Of a DNA stretch of 64,000 nt, positions 1 through 9,061 are shown piece by piece (the stretch's first letter is position 1; each line of letters opens with the position of its first letter). The stretch is from an uncultured Gemmatimonadaceae bacterium (GTDB lineage Bacteria > Gemmatimonadota > Gemmatimonadetes > Gemmatimonadales > Gemmatimonadaceae): positions 22,262 to 86,261 of the forward strand of contig CAZCZO010000002.1 in NCBI GenBank assembly GCA_964503275.1, written 5' to 3'. Below the pieces are notes generated by a model that was not told the origin of the DNA, did no database searches, and saw only the letters and a program-made list of their open reading frames with translations. The position numbers and the translations under genes are program-made.

Positions 1-329
1 CGAATGGCGGCGTCGACGTCCCGGATGCGGTACACCGCATTGGCCGCGTCGGTGATGCGGAAGAGGATGGCGAGGTCGATGCCGATGGTGACGTTGTCGA
101 GGGTGATCGTCGAGATGCGATTGGTCGGCAGCTGGCGCTCGAGGATGTCCACCTTGTGCCGGACAGCGTCGAGCAGGGGCACCACCAGATGGAGCCCGGC
201 CTCGAGGGTGCGATGGTAGCGGCCGAGCCGCTCGACGAGGTAGTTCTGCGACTGTGGGACGATGCGCACGCTGAGCGCCGCGGCAATGACCAGGACCGCG
301 GCGAGCGCAATGGCGAGGGCAGGGAACAC
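1..329 (-). CDS. SPFH/band-7 (stomatin/HflC-like) protein. The N-terminal part lies in the window and the C-terminus is off the window.
   Basis: Minus-strand translation gives VFPALAIALAAVLVIAAALSVRIVPQSQNYLVERLGRYHRTLEAGLHLVVPLLDAVRHKVDILERQLPTNRISTITLDNVTIGIDLAILFRITDAANAVYRIRDVDAAI, a TM anchor followed by the classic SPFH core. It is absent from the ORF track because it runs off the window. The GTG start at 329 is tentative. Confidence 0.7.
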   Translation of the reverse strand, partial: MFPALAIALAAVLVIAAALSVRIVPQSQNYLVERLGRYHRTLEAGLHLVVPLLDAVRHKVDILERQLPTNRISTITLDNVTIGIDLAILFRITDAANAVYRIRDVDAAI

Positions 330-468
330 AGATGGGCTCCGGGCGAAAGTGGGCTGCTGAAACGCCCGGAGGAGTCTAGGGGGGGGGACTGACAGTGCAG
401 TGCGATCCGACGTCGCTCAGCCCACCGTTGGTCGCCCATTCTAGTGCTCAATTCGGGCGCCCGGCCAC

Positions 469-960
469 CTACCCCGCCCGCACAACCCGCCCCCGTCTCA
501 CCTCCCTCGACTCGCACCCATACTGCGGCCGGCATCGCCGCGCCTCAGCGAACTTCTGGTTGAAGTCCACCCACTCGCCGTTCTCGACCACGCCCAACGA
601 ACCCGTCCAGCGGCCGACCACATATCGGTCGAGTGTGCGCGGGCGCTGCGGGTCGCCGCCGCAGTCGAGGTTCGCGACCTCGACGAGGTCGAACAGCACG
701 AGGAGTTGTTCCTCCTCCACAAGCTTGAGCTGGATGCACTCGGCGCGGCGGTACATCGAATAGCGCGCGATCGTCGCGTGTACGATCGACGCGGCTTCAT
801 CGACCGTCAGTAGGAGCTCGGTGGCGTCGAGCGGCAGCGTGTCCTGTGTGGTCGAGGCGACCAAGCGCGCCGCGGGCAGTTCCGCCCCGCGCTCCCCGCA
901 GGCGACGGACACGGCTGTGAGAACGGCGAAAAAGCTCCGGGAGCGGAGAGACATCAGCAT
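469..960 (-). CDS. Hypothetical secreted protein.
   Basis: 163-aa ORF with an N-terminal signal-like segment (MLMSLRSRSFFAVLTAVSVAC). Codon usage matches the genome. No recognisable domain. Confidence 0.45.
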   Translation of the reverse strand: MLMSLRSRSFFAVLTAVSVACGERGAELPAARLVASTTQDTLPLDATELLLTVDEAASIVHATIARYSMYRRAECIQLKLVEEEQLLVLFDLVEVANLDCGGDPQRPRTLDRYVVGRWTGSLGVVENGEWVDFNQKFAEARRCRPQYGCESREVRRGRVVRAG

Positions 961-967
961 GAGGACG

Positions 968-1489
968 TCATCGCGGTCTTAGGAACTCCGACCGATGGCG
1001 ATCCCGCTCGAGCTTACGGGCCGCCCTCTTTTCGGCCGCTTCCTGCTTCAGCCGCCGCCGCTCGTCCGCAGCAGCAAGGCGGGCCCTCTCACGCTCTGCT
1101 CGTTCATGTGCCCACGCAGCAGCTTGCTCCTTCCAGCGAAGCATCGCGTCCCCGACCGCCGTATCGCTCAGCGCGTCGGCGAGCACAATGGACACGCCGG
1201 GCGTGAGCCAAGGATTGCGGTACACTTCGACGATCGCTCTGGTCACAGCCGTGTCGGCGAGGTCGGCTTGCAGCCCGCGAAGCCCGTCGATCACCGTGCG
1301 GACGATCTCGTCCTCGGTGAAGTCTGCGTCGCTAGTTGGCGCGCCCCTCACTGCGCGAAGCTGGGCGATCGCCGCGTCGCGCACGCCGCTGCGCAACTTG
1401 CCCATGCCGCACGTCGTGCATCCGACCCGGGTGCACCATCGGCGATCGAGGGCAGCGAGAACCAACGCGTTGAGCCAGTCTGTGGTCAT
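968..1489 (-). CDS. Hypothetical protein with a Cys-rich N-terminus and a charged coiled-coil C-terminus.
   Basis: Start trimmed to MTTDWLNALV (complement of cat at 1487-1489). Contains WCTRVGCTTCG. The C-terminus is an ER/K-rich helix (ERAERERARLAAADERRRLKQEAAEKRAARKLER). Confidence 0.4.
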   Translation of the reverse strand: MTTDWLNALVLAALDRRWCTRVGCTTCGMGKLRSGVRDAAIAQLRAVRGAPTSDADFTEDEIVRTVIDGLRGLQADLADTAVTRAIVEVYRNPWLTPGVSIVLADALSDTAVGDAMLRWKEQAAAWAHERAERERARLAAADERRRLKQEAAEKRAARKLERDRHRSEFLRPR

Positions 1490-1551
1490 GGCACAAAACT
1501 GGGGGAGGAGGCTGACAGCCCCTTCCAGCCAGGCGGGCGGAGGCCCAGGGT

Positions 1552-1771
1552 TCACCCTTCTGTATGAAGGGACACGTAGCTCTGCCCGTCGTCGTGGTGC
1601 GGCATGACGAGGTCCATGCGGCCATCGCCGTTCATGTCGGCCGGCGTGATGCTGGTCGATGACACGCTGGCGAATGCTCGGCAGGGCTGCTGGAACCGCC
1701 CGTCGCCGAGCCCCATGCAGCGGAGGGGGCGGGGGCGTGACTGGTGCTCCCGGTTCGGGTCACTCCCGCAC
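1552..1771 (-). pseudogene. Remnant of an FG-GAP/VCBS repeat protein gene. Open frame without a credible start, directly abutting vapC.
   Basis: Minus-strand frame reads ...GLGDGRFQQ...SITPADMNGDGRMDLVMPHHDDGQSYVSLHTEG*, which contains the DxNGDGxxDLV FG-GAP motif. The frame is closed by a stop just inside the vapC 3' end, and no upstream coding continuation exists. Confidence 0.35.
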
Positions 1772-2215
1772 TCAAAGATCCATCGTCAGGGGATCGATGG
1801 CCTCGATGAATGGGAAGCGAGCGAAATCAGTATCGCGTGTGCAAATGCGACGGATCCCGTGTTCCTTCATCAGCACGGCCGTCTCAGCATCATGCCAGAG
1901 GTTGCCCGCGATCAACGGGACCGCTCTCACGACCTCTGCGAGCACAGCGGCATGGCGGTCCGTGGGTGCCAGTATCGCGAGCCCGGGCGCCTGCTGCAAG
2001 GTCGCGATGAACTCCGCTGCCGCTCTGCCTGACCACGGATTGCGAAGGACACGAGGGTGCGTGACGACGCGCAAGAATTCGTAGCAGTGTCCCCACGTCA
2101 GGTACCACGCTCCCTCTTGTGCCCGCCAGCGATCCAACAAGGCGCGGCAACGAGCATGCTCCGGCGCGGCTCGGTCGGCGGCGTAGACGAGCACGTTCGT
2201 ATCGACGACGAACAT
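1772..2215 (-). CDS. vapC: PIN-domain ribonuclease toxin VapC.
   Basis: MFVVDTNVLVYAADRAAPEH... shows the PIN acidic residues in the canonical layout. It sits immediately downstream of a small RHH-like ORF. Confidence 0.8.
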   Translation of the reverse strand: MFVVDTNVLVYAADRAAPEHARCRALLDRWRAQEGAWYLTWGHCYEFLRVVTHPRVLRNPWSGRAAAEFIATLQQAPGLAILAPTDRHAAVLAEVVRAVPLIAGNLWHDAETAVLMKEHGIRRICTRDTDFARFPFIEAIDPLTMDL

Positions 2216-2443
2216 CTACACGCCGTCCATCGCGCGGTAGAGCGCTTCTCGGTCAGCGACATCAACGAGTGCGCCGCCGGAGTCGAAAATCGGAAGCGGT
2301 TCCAGGTCGACCGTGTCGCGGGACGGTCGCAGCGACTGCCGCAACGCGGACTCGACCAGTTCCGACATCGTCCGGCCGGTGCGCGCCGCTTCCCGTCGCA
2401 GTCGCTGCATCACGGTGTCATCGATGTTGAGCGTTGTCTTCAT
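2216..2443 (-). CDS. vapB: VapB-type antitoxin (ribbon-helix-helix/CopG-like).
   Basis: MKTTLNIDDTVMQRLRREAARTGRTMSELVESALRQ (ATG is the complement of cat at 2441-2443). Its stop abuts the vapC start. Confidence 0.7.
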   Translation of the reverse strand: MKTTLNIDDTVMQRLRREAARTGRTMSELVESALRQSLRPSRDTVDLEPLPIFDSGGALVDVADREALYRAMDGV

Positions 2444-2612
2444 ATGGTAAAACGTACAAATTGTATGGATGTATGGCAACTCTGCCCATCCGGCGGGAAT
2501 TCGTCAGCTGGGTTTAGGGGGGACGGGCTCGGCGGGCCGTGTAGTTCAGTGAATGCGACGAAATGAACTATGGTATACTGCGGTGATTAAATGTATTATT
2601 CACCGCAGAATT
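2444..2612. promoter_or_regulatory. AT-rich divergent promoter/operator region between vapB and fic.
   Basis: Locally low GC in a 70% GC genome. The 9-mer CTGCGGTGA (2578-2586) and its inverse TCACCGCAG (2600-2608) flank a 13-nt spacer, and a third copy lies at 2633-2641. A TATACTG direct repeat precedes two of the copies. A CCATACATCCATACA repeat and TTGCCA / TACAAT hexamers lie upstream of vapB. Confidence 0.5.
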
Positions 2613-3719
2613 ATGGCGAATATACTGTACATTCACCGCAGGCCAGACTGGCCGAACTTTCGATGGGACGGGTCCACGCTCGTGACGCCGTTGGGCAACC
2701 TGCGCCTCCGCGTCGGTGAGCTCATGGGGCGACTTGGCGCCCTCGGCGCAGTTGCGCAGGATTCGCAAGCCATGGAGGCCGCCACGGCGGAGGCCGTCGC
2801 CACCGCCGCCATCGAGGGGGAACGCTTACCGCCCGACGAAGTACGCTCGTCCGTCGCACGTCGGCTCGGGCTTGAAACGGCCGCGCTCCCGCCCACCAGT
2901 CGCTCGGTGGACGGTCTGGTAGAGATGATGCTCGACGCGACACAGCGCTTCGATGCCCCGCTCACGAAGGACCGGATCTGCGGGTGGCACGCCGCGCTGT
3001 TCCCCACAGGTCGCAGCGGGATGCATCCGATCACGACAGGCGCCTGGCGCAGACCGGACGGTGATCCCATGCAGGTGGTCTCGGGTGCGATGGGGCGCGA
3101 GCGCGTGCACTTCGAGGCGCCTGAAGCCGCGCGACTCGAGCACGAGATGGCGCGCTTCTTCGCCTGGAGCGCCGCGCCACCGACCGCGGACGGTGTGCTT
3201 CTCGCGGGCCTCGCGCACCTGTGGTTCGTCACCATCCACCCCTTCGACGACGGTAACGGTCGAGTCGCCCGTGCCATCGCCGATCACTTTATTGCGCGCG
3301 CCGATGGCAGTCGGCAGCGCTACTTCAGCATGTCTGCCGAGATCGCGCTGGACCGTGCGGAGTACTACCGTCAACTTGAGCGCACGCAGCGCGGTACGAT
3401 GGATGTGACCGAGTGGCTCACATGGTTCGTGGCCTGCCTCGATCGCGCCGTGCAACGGGCCCTCGGTACGCAGCAAGCCGCGATCGATCGCGCGGAGCGG
3501 TGGCGACGGTGGAATGTGCATCCCCTCAACGCGCGGCAGCGAACCGTCCTCACGCGCATGTCCGGCGATTTCGATGGACTGATGACGAACCGGAAATACC
3601 GTCTGCTCGCGGACTGCTCCGATGATACCGCCCTACGGGACCTGACTGCGTTGGTGAAGTGGGGGGTCCTGGAGCCGACTCAGGCGGGCGGAAGAAGTCG
3701 GAGCTATCGGCTGGGATGA
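2613..3719 (+). CDS. fic: Fic family protein (AMPylator), class II with the inhibitory helix in cis.
   Basis: Carries the HPFDDGNGRVAR Fic motif HxFx(D/E)GNGRxxR. An inhibitory (S/T)xxIEG motif (TAAIEGE) lies N-terminal. Start set at MANILYIHRRPDW (ATG 2613). Confidence 0.9.
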   Translation: MANILYIHRRPDWPNFRWDGSTLVTPLGNLRLRVGELMGRLGALGAVAQDSQAMEAATAEAVATAAIEGERLPPDEVRSSVARRLGLETAALPPTSRSVDGLVEMMLDATQRFDAPLTKDRICGWHAALFPTGRSGMHPITTGAWRRPDGDPMQVVSGAMGRERVHFEAPEAARLEHEMARFFAWSAAPPTADGVLLAGLAHLWFVTIHPFDDGNGRVARAIADHFIARADGSRQRYFSMSAEIALDRAEYYRQLERTQRGTMDVTEWLTWFVACLDRAVQRALGTQQAAIDRAERWRRWNVHPLNARQRTVLTRMSGDFDGLMTNRKYRLLADCSDDTALRDLTALVKWGVLEPTQAGGRSRSYRLG

Positions 3720-4927
3720 GCAGGACGATCAGCGGCAGCCGTCACCCCCCGCCCCACACTCGCCGCCAGCCCCTGCGCCAAGTCCCGCCACAGATCCTCC
3801 ACCCCCTCCAGCCCGACACTCAGCCGCAGCAAATTCGGCGCGATCCCCGTCGCTGCCCGCGCGGCCTCGTCCACGATGCGATGCGTGAGCGCGGCCGGTG
3901 GCTGGATCAGCGTGTCCACCGAGCCCAGCGACACGGCCGGCGTGATCAGCTCCAGTGCCGCGACGAACGCATGCACGGCGCGCGGATCGTCGCTGGCCAG
4001 CTCGAAGCTGAGCACGCTGCCTGGGCCCGACATCTGCGAGCCAACAAGCCCGCGCGGATCGGAGTCGCCATGGCCAGGGAAGTGGATGCGCCGCACGCGC
4101 GCGTCGTTCGCCAAGCGCGCGACCAGCTGCTGCGCGGTGTGCTGCGCGCGCTCGACCCGCAGCGGCAGCGTGGGCAGCCCGCGGTGCAGCAGATAGCTCG
4201 CGAAGGGATGCGCCAGCCCGCCGGTGATCGCGCGCACCGACTTGATCTCACGCACCAGCGCATGGGATCCCGCGACCACGCCGGCGATCACGTCGCCGTG
4301 CCCGCCGAGGAACTTGGTGGCGCTGTGCATCACGAGCGCCGCGCCGAGCTCGAGGGGGCGCTGCAGGACGGGCGTCGCAAAGGTGGAGTCCACCATCACG
4401 GGGACGGTGCCCGCCTGACGCACGATGTCGGCGATGTCCACGAGGTCGAGCGTGGGGTTCGCCGGCGTCTCGATCAGCACGAGCCCGGTGTCGGGCCGGA
4501 TCGCCGCCGCGACGGCGTCGGGGGCCGCCCAGGTCACCTCGGTGCCCAGCAGGCCATGCGCGAGCAGGTGATCGCTGCCCCCGTAGATGGGGCGCGTGGC
4601 CACCACATGCGCGCCGCGTGACTTGGCGGCCAGCAGGACCGCGGTCAGCGCGGCCATCCCCGACGCGAAGCAGGCGGCGTCCTCGGCCCCTTCGAGCTCC
4701 GCGAGTGCGTGCTCGAAGCGATCGGTGGTGGGGTTGTAGAGGCGCGCGTAGACATTGCTGCCCTGCGCGGCATCGCCCGCGGCGAGCGCGTCGTAACTGC
4801 GCGCGGCGGCGTCGAGGTCGGGCGTCGGGTAGGTGCTCGACAGGTCGATGGGGGGCGCGTGGATACCCTTGGCGACGAAGTCGTGGCGGCCGGCGTGGAC
4901 GGCGCGGGTGCTGAGGTCGGTGGGCAT
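3704..4927 (-). CDS. PLP-dependent Cys/Met metabolism enzyme (methionine gamma-lyase / cystathionine gamma-synthase family).
   Basis: 407-aa ORF with the Lys-containing SATKFLGGHGDVIAG motif and a conserved N-terminal TRAVHAG...YNPT... segment typical of MetB/MetC/MGL. Confidence 0.85.
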   Translation of the reverse strand: MPTDLSTRAVHAGRHDFVAKGIHAPPIDLSSTYPTPDLDAAARSYDALAAGDAAQGSNVYARLYNPTTDRFEHALAELEGAEDAACFASGMAALTAVLLAAKSRGAHVVATRPIYGGSDHLLAHGLLGTEVTWAAPDAVAAAIRPDTGLVLIETPANPTLDLVDIADIVRQAGTVPVMVDSTFATPVLQRPLELGAALVMHSATKFLGGHGDVIAGVVAGSHALVREIKSVRAITGGLAHPFASYLLHRGLPTLPLRVERAQHTAQQLVARLANDARVRRIHFPGHGDSDPRGLVGSQMSGPGSVLSFELASDDPRAVHAFVAALELITPAVSLGSVDTLIQPPAALTHRIVDEAARAATGIAPNLLRLSVGLEGVEDLWRDLAQGLAASVGRGVTAAADRPAHPSR

Positions 4928-4986
4928 GGTGGGTATCCTGTGCGGGGTTCTGCCTGTAGTTTCGGATATCCATCAGCCCAAGTGCA

Positions 4987-5484
4987 ATGCCGCCGAAGAA
5001 GATTCTGTCACCGCCCGCTGCGGGCACGCTGGACCGAACGGATCGCGCGATCCTCGCGTGGTTGCAGCACGATGCACGGATGACCAACAAGGACCTCGCG
5101 GCCAAGGTGAAGCTGGCGCCGTCGAGTTGTCTGGCGCGGGTGCAGCGGCTCGAGGCCCGCGGGGTGATCCAGGGCTACCACGCCGAGGTGGATCCGCGCG
5201 CCTTTGGCGTCACCCTCGAGGCGCAGGTGAGCGTGCGGCTCGCCAAGCACGCCCGCGCGGCGATCACGGCGTTCGAGCGGCATCTGGACACCATCGTCGA
5301 GCTGCGGTCGTGGTACCACTTGGCGGGCGTGAACGACTACCTCGTGCATGTGGCGGTGCGCGACGCCGAGCATCTGCGGCAGCTGGTGCTGACGGCCTTT
5401 GCATCGCGCGCGGAGGTGGGGCATGTGGAGACGGCGCTGGTGTTCAGTCACCGGCGCAATGTGCGGTTCGGGGTGGGTGGGTGA
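4987..5484 (+). CDS. Lrp/AsnC family transcriptional regulator.
   Basis: LDRTDRAILAWLQHDARMTNKDLAAKVKLAPSSCLARVQRLEARGVIQGYHAEVDP shows an HTH followed by a RAM domain. It is divergent from the PLP enzyme gene. Confidence 0.85.
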   Translation: MPPKKILSPPAAGTLDRTDRAILAWLQHDARMTNKDLAAKVKLAPSSCLARVQRLEARGVIQGYHAEVDPRAFGVTLEAQVSVRLAKHARAAITAFERHLDTIVELRSWYHLAGVNDYLVHVAVRDAEHLRQLVLTAFASRAEVGHVETALVFSHRRNVRFGVGG

Positions 5485-5539
5485 GGGCGGCGACACGGAG
5501 GTGCTAGCGGGGCGCGCCGAGACAGGCTAACATCTGGCC

Positions 5540-6880
5540 ATGCGTGTCCTCATTCCCGTCGCTGCCACCGCGGCCGCTCTGGCGCTGATGAGCGGGAGTG
5601 CGCCGCGGCCGGCGGTCTCGTCGGCGCGCTGTTCGATGATCGCGTCGGGGCAGAGCATCGTGGGCCCAGTGGTGGACACGGCGCACCACGCGCTGCGCAG
5701 TACCCAGCGTGTGGCGCCGAGCCGGCGCGTATTCCCGATCGGGTCGACCGACACCGCGTGGACGCCCGACACTCCCATGCCGACCGCGGCGGTGCGTGCC
5801 GTGGCCATGGACTCGGCGACGCGCGAGCAGCTGGCAGCGGCAGGCATCACGACCGACACACCACGGGTGCTGATCCAGGTCGTGCCGTATCAGTCCGACT
5901 GCAGCACCATCGCGTGGACCGACTCGAGTCCGTGGGCCGTGCCGACCGCTGAGGCACAGTACTTTGCGAACATTCGGCTACGGCCGCGCGAGCTGTGGAT
6001 CGATGGCACGCCGACCTTCGTGCTCGCGGGGGGATGGGACGCGCCGTATCCGCGTCGGCTGACGAGCGTGCCGATCACGATCCGCTCGTGGGCAGCGGGC
6101 ACTGAAGGGCTTCGTCCGCCACTGACGCGTGACTCGATGGTGGGGGCGCTGGAGCTGTTCGCCTTCCATCGAGCCCTGCGCGGGTCGCGCGATGTGGCCG
6201 AGCATCTCGCGTGGGCGGAGGCGCACCCCGCGGTCGCCCTGCGCGAACCGGTGCGCTCGCACATCACGGACCTCGTGCTGCGCGAGGACTTCGCCCGCGC
6301 CGCTCGTATGCGCAGCGAGTATGCCGGCAGCTATCGGCTGGAGGTCAGCAGCGGCGCGCTGAACGCGGCATGGACGTTCCGTACGTTGGCGAACCCCTTA
6401 CAGTCGCAGATGAAATGGAATCGCGAGGTGGCGTTCCAGCGTCTGAGTGAAGTGCCGAAGATCCCCGGCTATACGCTGCCGGGCTATTCGCCCGACAGTG
6501 CGGGTCGCCTGCCCGAGACCCGTCCATCGCCAAGGAGTGGCCCTGGCGGGTTGCCGCGGCATTGGCTCTCGCTGCGTGATCCCATTACCACACCCGTGTC
6601 GTCGCCGCGCACGATCGTGGCTGGTGAGTTGATCTTCGCGTTGGGAGCGGCGCCCGAGGCGCTGTGGGATGTCCTCGCGCGGTTCCCGGTGCCCGCTGAC
6701 CCGCACGACATGGTGTTCACGTCAGCGCGCGCCACGCCACGTGGGGACACCCGCGTGCACGTTCCGCTGACACTGCGCCTCGATGCCACGGGCAGCTTCG
6801 TGGCCGATACGACGCTCACGCGCGGCGGTAGTGCGGTGCGCTTTCGGTTGGTGCGCATGGACGGCGAAGCGCTGCGCTGA
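5540..6880 (+). CDS. Hypothetical secreted protein.
   Basis: 446-aa ORF starting at ATG 5540 with a signal-like N-terminus (MRVLIPVAATAAALALMSG). No recognisable motif. Confidence 0.45.
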   Translation: MRVLIPVAATAAALALMSGSAPRPAVSSARCSMIASGQSIVGPVVDTAHHALRSTQRVAPSRRVFPIGSTDTAWTPDTPMPTAAVRAVAMDSATREQLAAAGITTDTPRVLIQVVPYQSDCSTIAWTDSSPWAVPTAEAQYFANIRLRPRELWIDGTPTFVLAGGWDAPYPRRLTSVPITIRSWAAGTEGLRPPLTRDSMVGALELFAFHRALRGSRDVAEHLAWAEAHPAVALREPVRSHITDLVLREDFARAARMRSEYAGSYRLEVSSGALNAAWTFRTLANPLQSQMKWNREVAFQRLSEVPKIPGYTLPGYSPDSAGRLPETRPSPRSGPGGLPRHWLSLRDPITTPVSSPRTIVAGELIFALGAAPEALWDVLARFPVPADPHDMVFTSARATPRGDTRVHVPLTLRLDATGSFVADTTLTRGGSAVRFRLVRMDGEALR

Positions 6881-6886
6881 GCCGCG

Positions 6887-7918
6887 TCAGCGCGCGATCG
6901 CCGCCGCCGCCTCACGCGCGAGCACCGCGCCCATCACATTGCCGGTCCCGCTGTAGCCGCCCAGCGCCCACACGCCGTCGCCCAGTGCGCGGCAGATGGG
7001 AAGGCCGGTCTCGGTGTAGCTGACCAGTCCGGCCCAGCGGTGCGTGATCTCCGCGTGCACACCGAGATCGCTGCGCAGCGTTCGGGTGAGGTAGTCTTGG
7101 ATCGCGCCGCTGGGGGTGGCGTCGTCGGTCCACTCGGTGTCGGGCGTGGTGTCGCGCCCGCCGCCGAAGAGCACGCAGCCGTCGGGGAGCTGCTGCCAGT
7201 AGTCGTAGCCGTAGCGCTTATACACCGGGCGCGGGAACCGCGCCTCGGGCGCTGGCGCGGTGGCGAGCATCTGGAGGCGCGCCGTGCGGACCTCTCCGCT
7301 CAGCTCGGGGAGCAGGCGCTCAAGGGCACCATCGACCGCCACGACGACATGCCGCGCGCGGATGGTCGCCCGTGTGCAGTGGACTGCGCCAGCTGCGATC
7401 TGCTCCGCACGGGTGTCGGCGTAGAGCTGCGCCCCGCGCGTCAGCAACCGTGCGGCCAATGTGCGGCAGCGCGCGAGCGGCTGGAACACGCCGTCCGTGG
7501 GAAAGAGCAGGCCTTCGCCTTCCGGGCCGCGGTAGCGCTCGACGGGCAGGCCGTCGGCACGCATCTGCGCGTACTGCAGGTCGCAGTCGTCGCGCTCCTC
7601 GCGCGACGCCGCGATACGCAACGAGCCGGTCACGCGCACGAGCCCCGGGAACTCCTCAGCGAATCGCGTGATCTCGGCGGCGGTGCGATGGGCATAGTGC
7701 AGCGCCTGATCGCGGCCGAGCCGACGCACGGCATCGTGATGGAACTCCGAGGTCCCGGCGAGGAGGAACCCGCCGTTGCGACCGGCCGCTCCAGCGCCCA
7801 CCGTCTGCGCGTCGATGCCGATCACCGAGCGCACGCCGCGCGCGAGGGCCTCGTCGATCAGCGTGAGGCCTGTGCCGCCGAGCCCGATCACGCAGAGCTC
7901 GGACTCGGCGTCAGACAT
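6887..7918 (-). CDS. FAD-dependent oxidoreductase (DAO family, glycine/D-amino-acid oxidase-like).
   Basis: Start trimmed to MSDAESELCVIGLGGTGLTL. This is a GxGxxG dinucleotide fold followed by ...GYSGTGNVMGAVLA near the C-terminus. Confidence 0.75.
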   Translation of the reverse strand: MSDAESELCVIGLGGTGLTLIDEALARGVRSVIGIDAQTVGAGAAGRNGGFLLAGTSEFHHDAVRRLGRDQALHYAHRTAAEITRFAEEFPGLVRVTGSLRIAASREERDDCDLQYAQMRADGLPVERYRGPEGEGLLFPTDGVFQPLARCRTLAARLLTRGAQLYADTRAEQIAAGAVHCTRATIRARHVVVAVDGALERLLPELSGEVRTARLQMLATAPAPEARFPRPVYKRYGYDYWQQLPDGCVLFGGGRDTTPDTEWTDDATPSGAIQDYLTRTLRSDLGVHAEITHRWAGLVSYTETGLPICRALGDGVWALGGYSGTGNVMGAVLAREAAAAIAR

Positions 7919-8016
7919 GAGCGGCGGCAGCTCGAGGCCGGGATGGTCGTCCCAGCGCGGCGTATTGGGCGGCGTGGAAGCGTCCTGGGACACGATCGCG
8001 TGGTGGCGGGTGACGT

Positions 8017-8436
8017 TCAGCGGCGCTGCGCCGTCACGCGCACCCAACCGACGACTGCGCCGATCACGAAGCCGACGGGCGCGGTGAGTGAAGGAATGAG
8101 CCCGACCAGGTTGCTGACCTTACCGTCGCTGATGCGCTGGAAGGCGGCGAGCAGCAGCGTGCCGAGCACGGCCCACACCACGCCGACGGCAACGCCCCAC
8201 GCCACCGCGACCATCGCGCGCGGCTGCGGGTCGAGCTTCCAGCCCGTCCAGGCCCACCACACGAAGATCACGCCGAGTAGGCCAGGGACGATGACCAGCG
8301 CGGTGAGCGCGATCGCGGATTCGGAGAGCGTCGCGCCCGGCACGAATACCGTGTCGAGGAACAGCGCGACCATCCAGATGAAGCTCAGCGCCAAGTACGC
8401 CGCGACGATGCGCGGGAGGATGCGGCGGCGGGTCAT
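8017..8436 (-). CDS. Small integral membrane protein.
   Basis: MTRRRILPRIVAAYLALSFIWMVALFL... shows 3-4 predicted TM helices. It lies upstream, in the same orientation, of the FAD oxidoreductase. Confidence 0.5.
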   Translation of the reverse strand: MTRRRILPRIVAAYLALSFIWMVALFLDTVFVPGATLSESAIALTALVIVPGLLGVIFVWWAWTGWKLDPQPRAMVAVAWGVAVGVVWAVLGTLLLAAFQRISDGKVSNLVGLIPSLTAPVGFVIGAVVGWVRVTAQRR

Positions 8437-8452
8437 GCGTGGTACGCCTCGC

Positions 8453-9061
8453 TCAATGTGTGGATCGGTCGGGCGTGCGCGCTGCAGCGGCGCGCACGCG
8501 GGCGAGCAGGTCGGCAACTCCGAGCTGCGGCGCCCACTGGTCGAGGAAGGCGTCGTCGAGCGTTGCGCCCTGCACGCGAAGAATACTTACAACATCGCGC
8601 CATTGGCGATCCGAGACTTCGCCACCTCGGCGGAACCACTCGAGCTTGCGCAGGACGGTGCCCTCTGCGGCGTCCACCCAGAGCGTGGCGTCGTCGGCGT
8701 CGGGCAGTGTGATGCAGACGCGCCGCTGCAGGCGCGCCTGCTCGAAGGGGTCGTCGCCCGTGACGAAGATGTCGACCTCGACCGAGCTCGCAAGATGGAT
8801 GGCGTGGAAGGACTCGCCTGCGCGCGTGCGCTGCGCGGTGGGGCCATCGATGTAGTAGGTGTCATCCAGCACCTCGGCGAGACGCGTCGCCGTCGACGGC
8901 GCGAGATCGGCGATGAGATCAACGTCGAGGGTCGCGCGAGGTTCACCATGGAAACCACTGGCGACGGAGCCGGTGATCGCGTAGCGCACATCGAGCGCAT
9001 CCAAGGCACCCGCGATGTCCAGCGCGATCGCCCGCGGTGCCAGGGGTCCAGAGAGGGTCAT
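8453..9061 (-). CDS. Nucleotidyltransferase-fold protein (MNT/pol-beta-like).
   Basis: MTLSGPLAPRAIALDIAGALDALDVRYAITGSVASGFHGEPRATLDVDLIADL matches the G[SG]x9-13DhDh minimal nucleotidyltransferase signature (GSVASG...DVDL). Its start overlaps the stop of the upstream small ORF by 4 bp (ATGA). Confidence 0.6.
   Translation of the reverse strand: MTLSGPLAPRAIALDIAGALDALDVRYAITGSVASGFHGEPRATLDVDLIADLAPSTATRLAEVLDDTYYIDGPTAQRTRAGESFHAIHLASSVEVDIFVTGDDPFEQARLQRRVCITLPDADDATLWVDAAEGTVLRKLEWFRRGGEVSDRQWRDVVSILRVQGATLDDAFLDQWAPQLGVADLLARVRAAAARTPDRSTH

Noticed and set aside
5540-8436. Hypothetical secreted protein / FAD oxidoreductase / small membrane protein cluster as a candidate system.
   Set aside because: The genes are on different strands (convergent at 6880/6887) with no motif linking them. 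It was left as ordinary hypothetical content.
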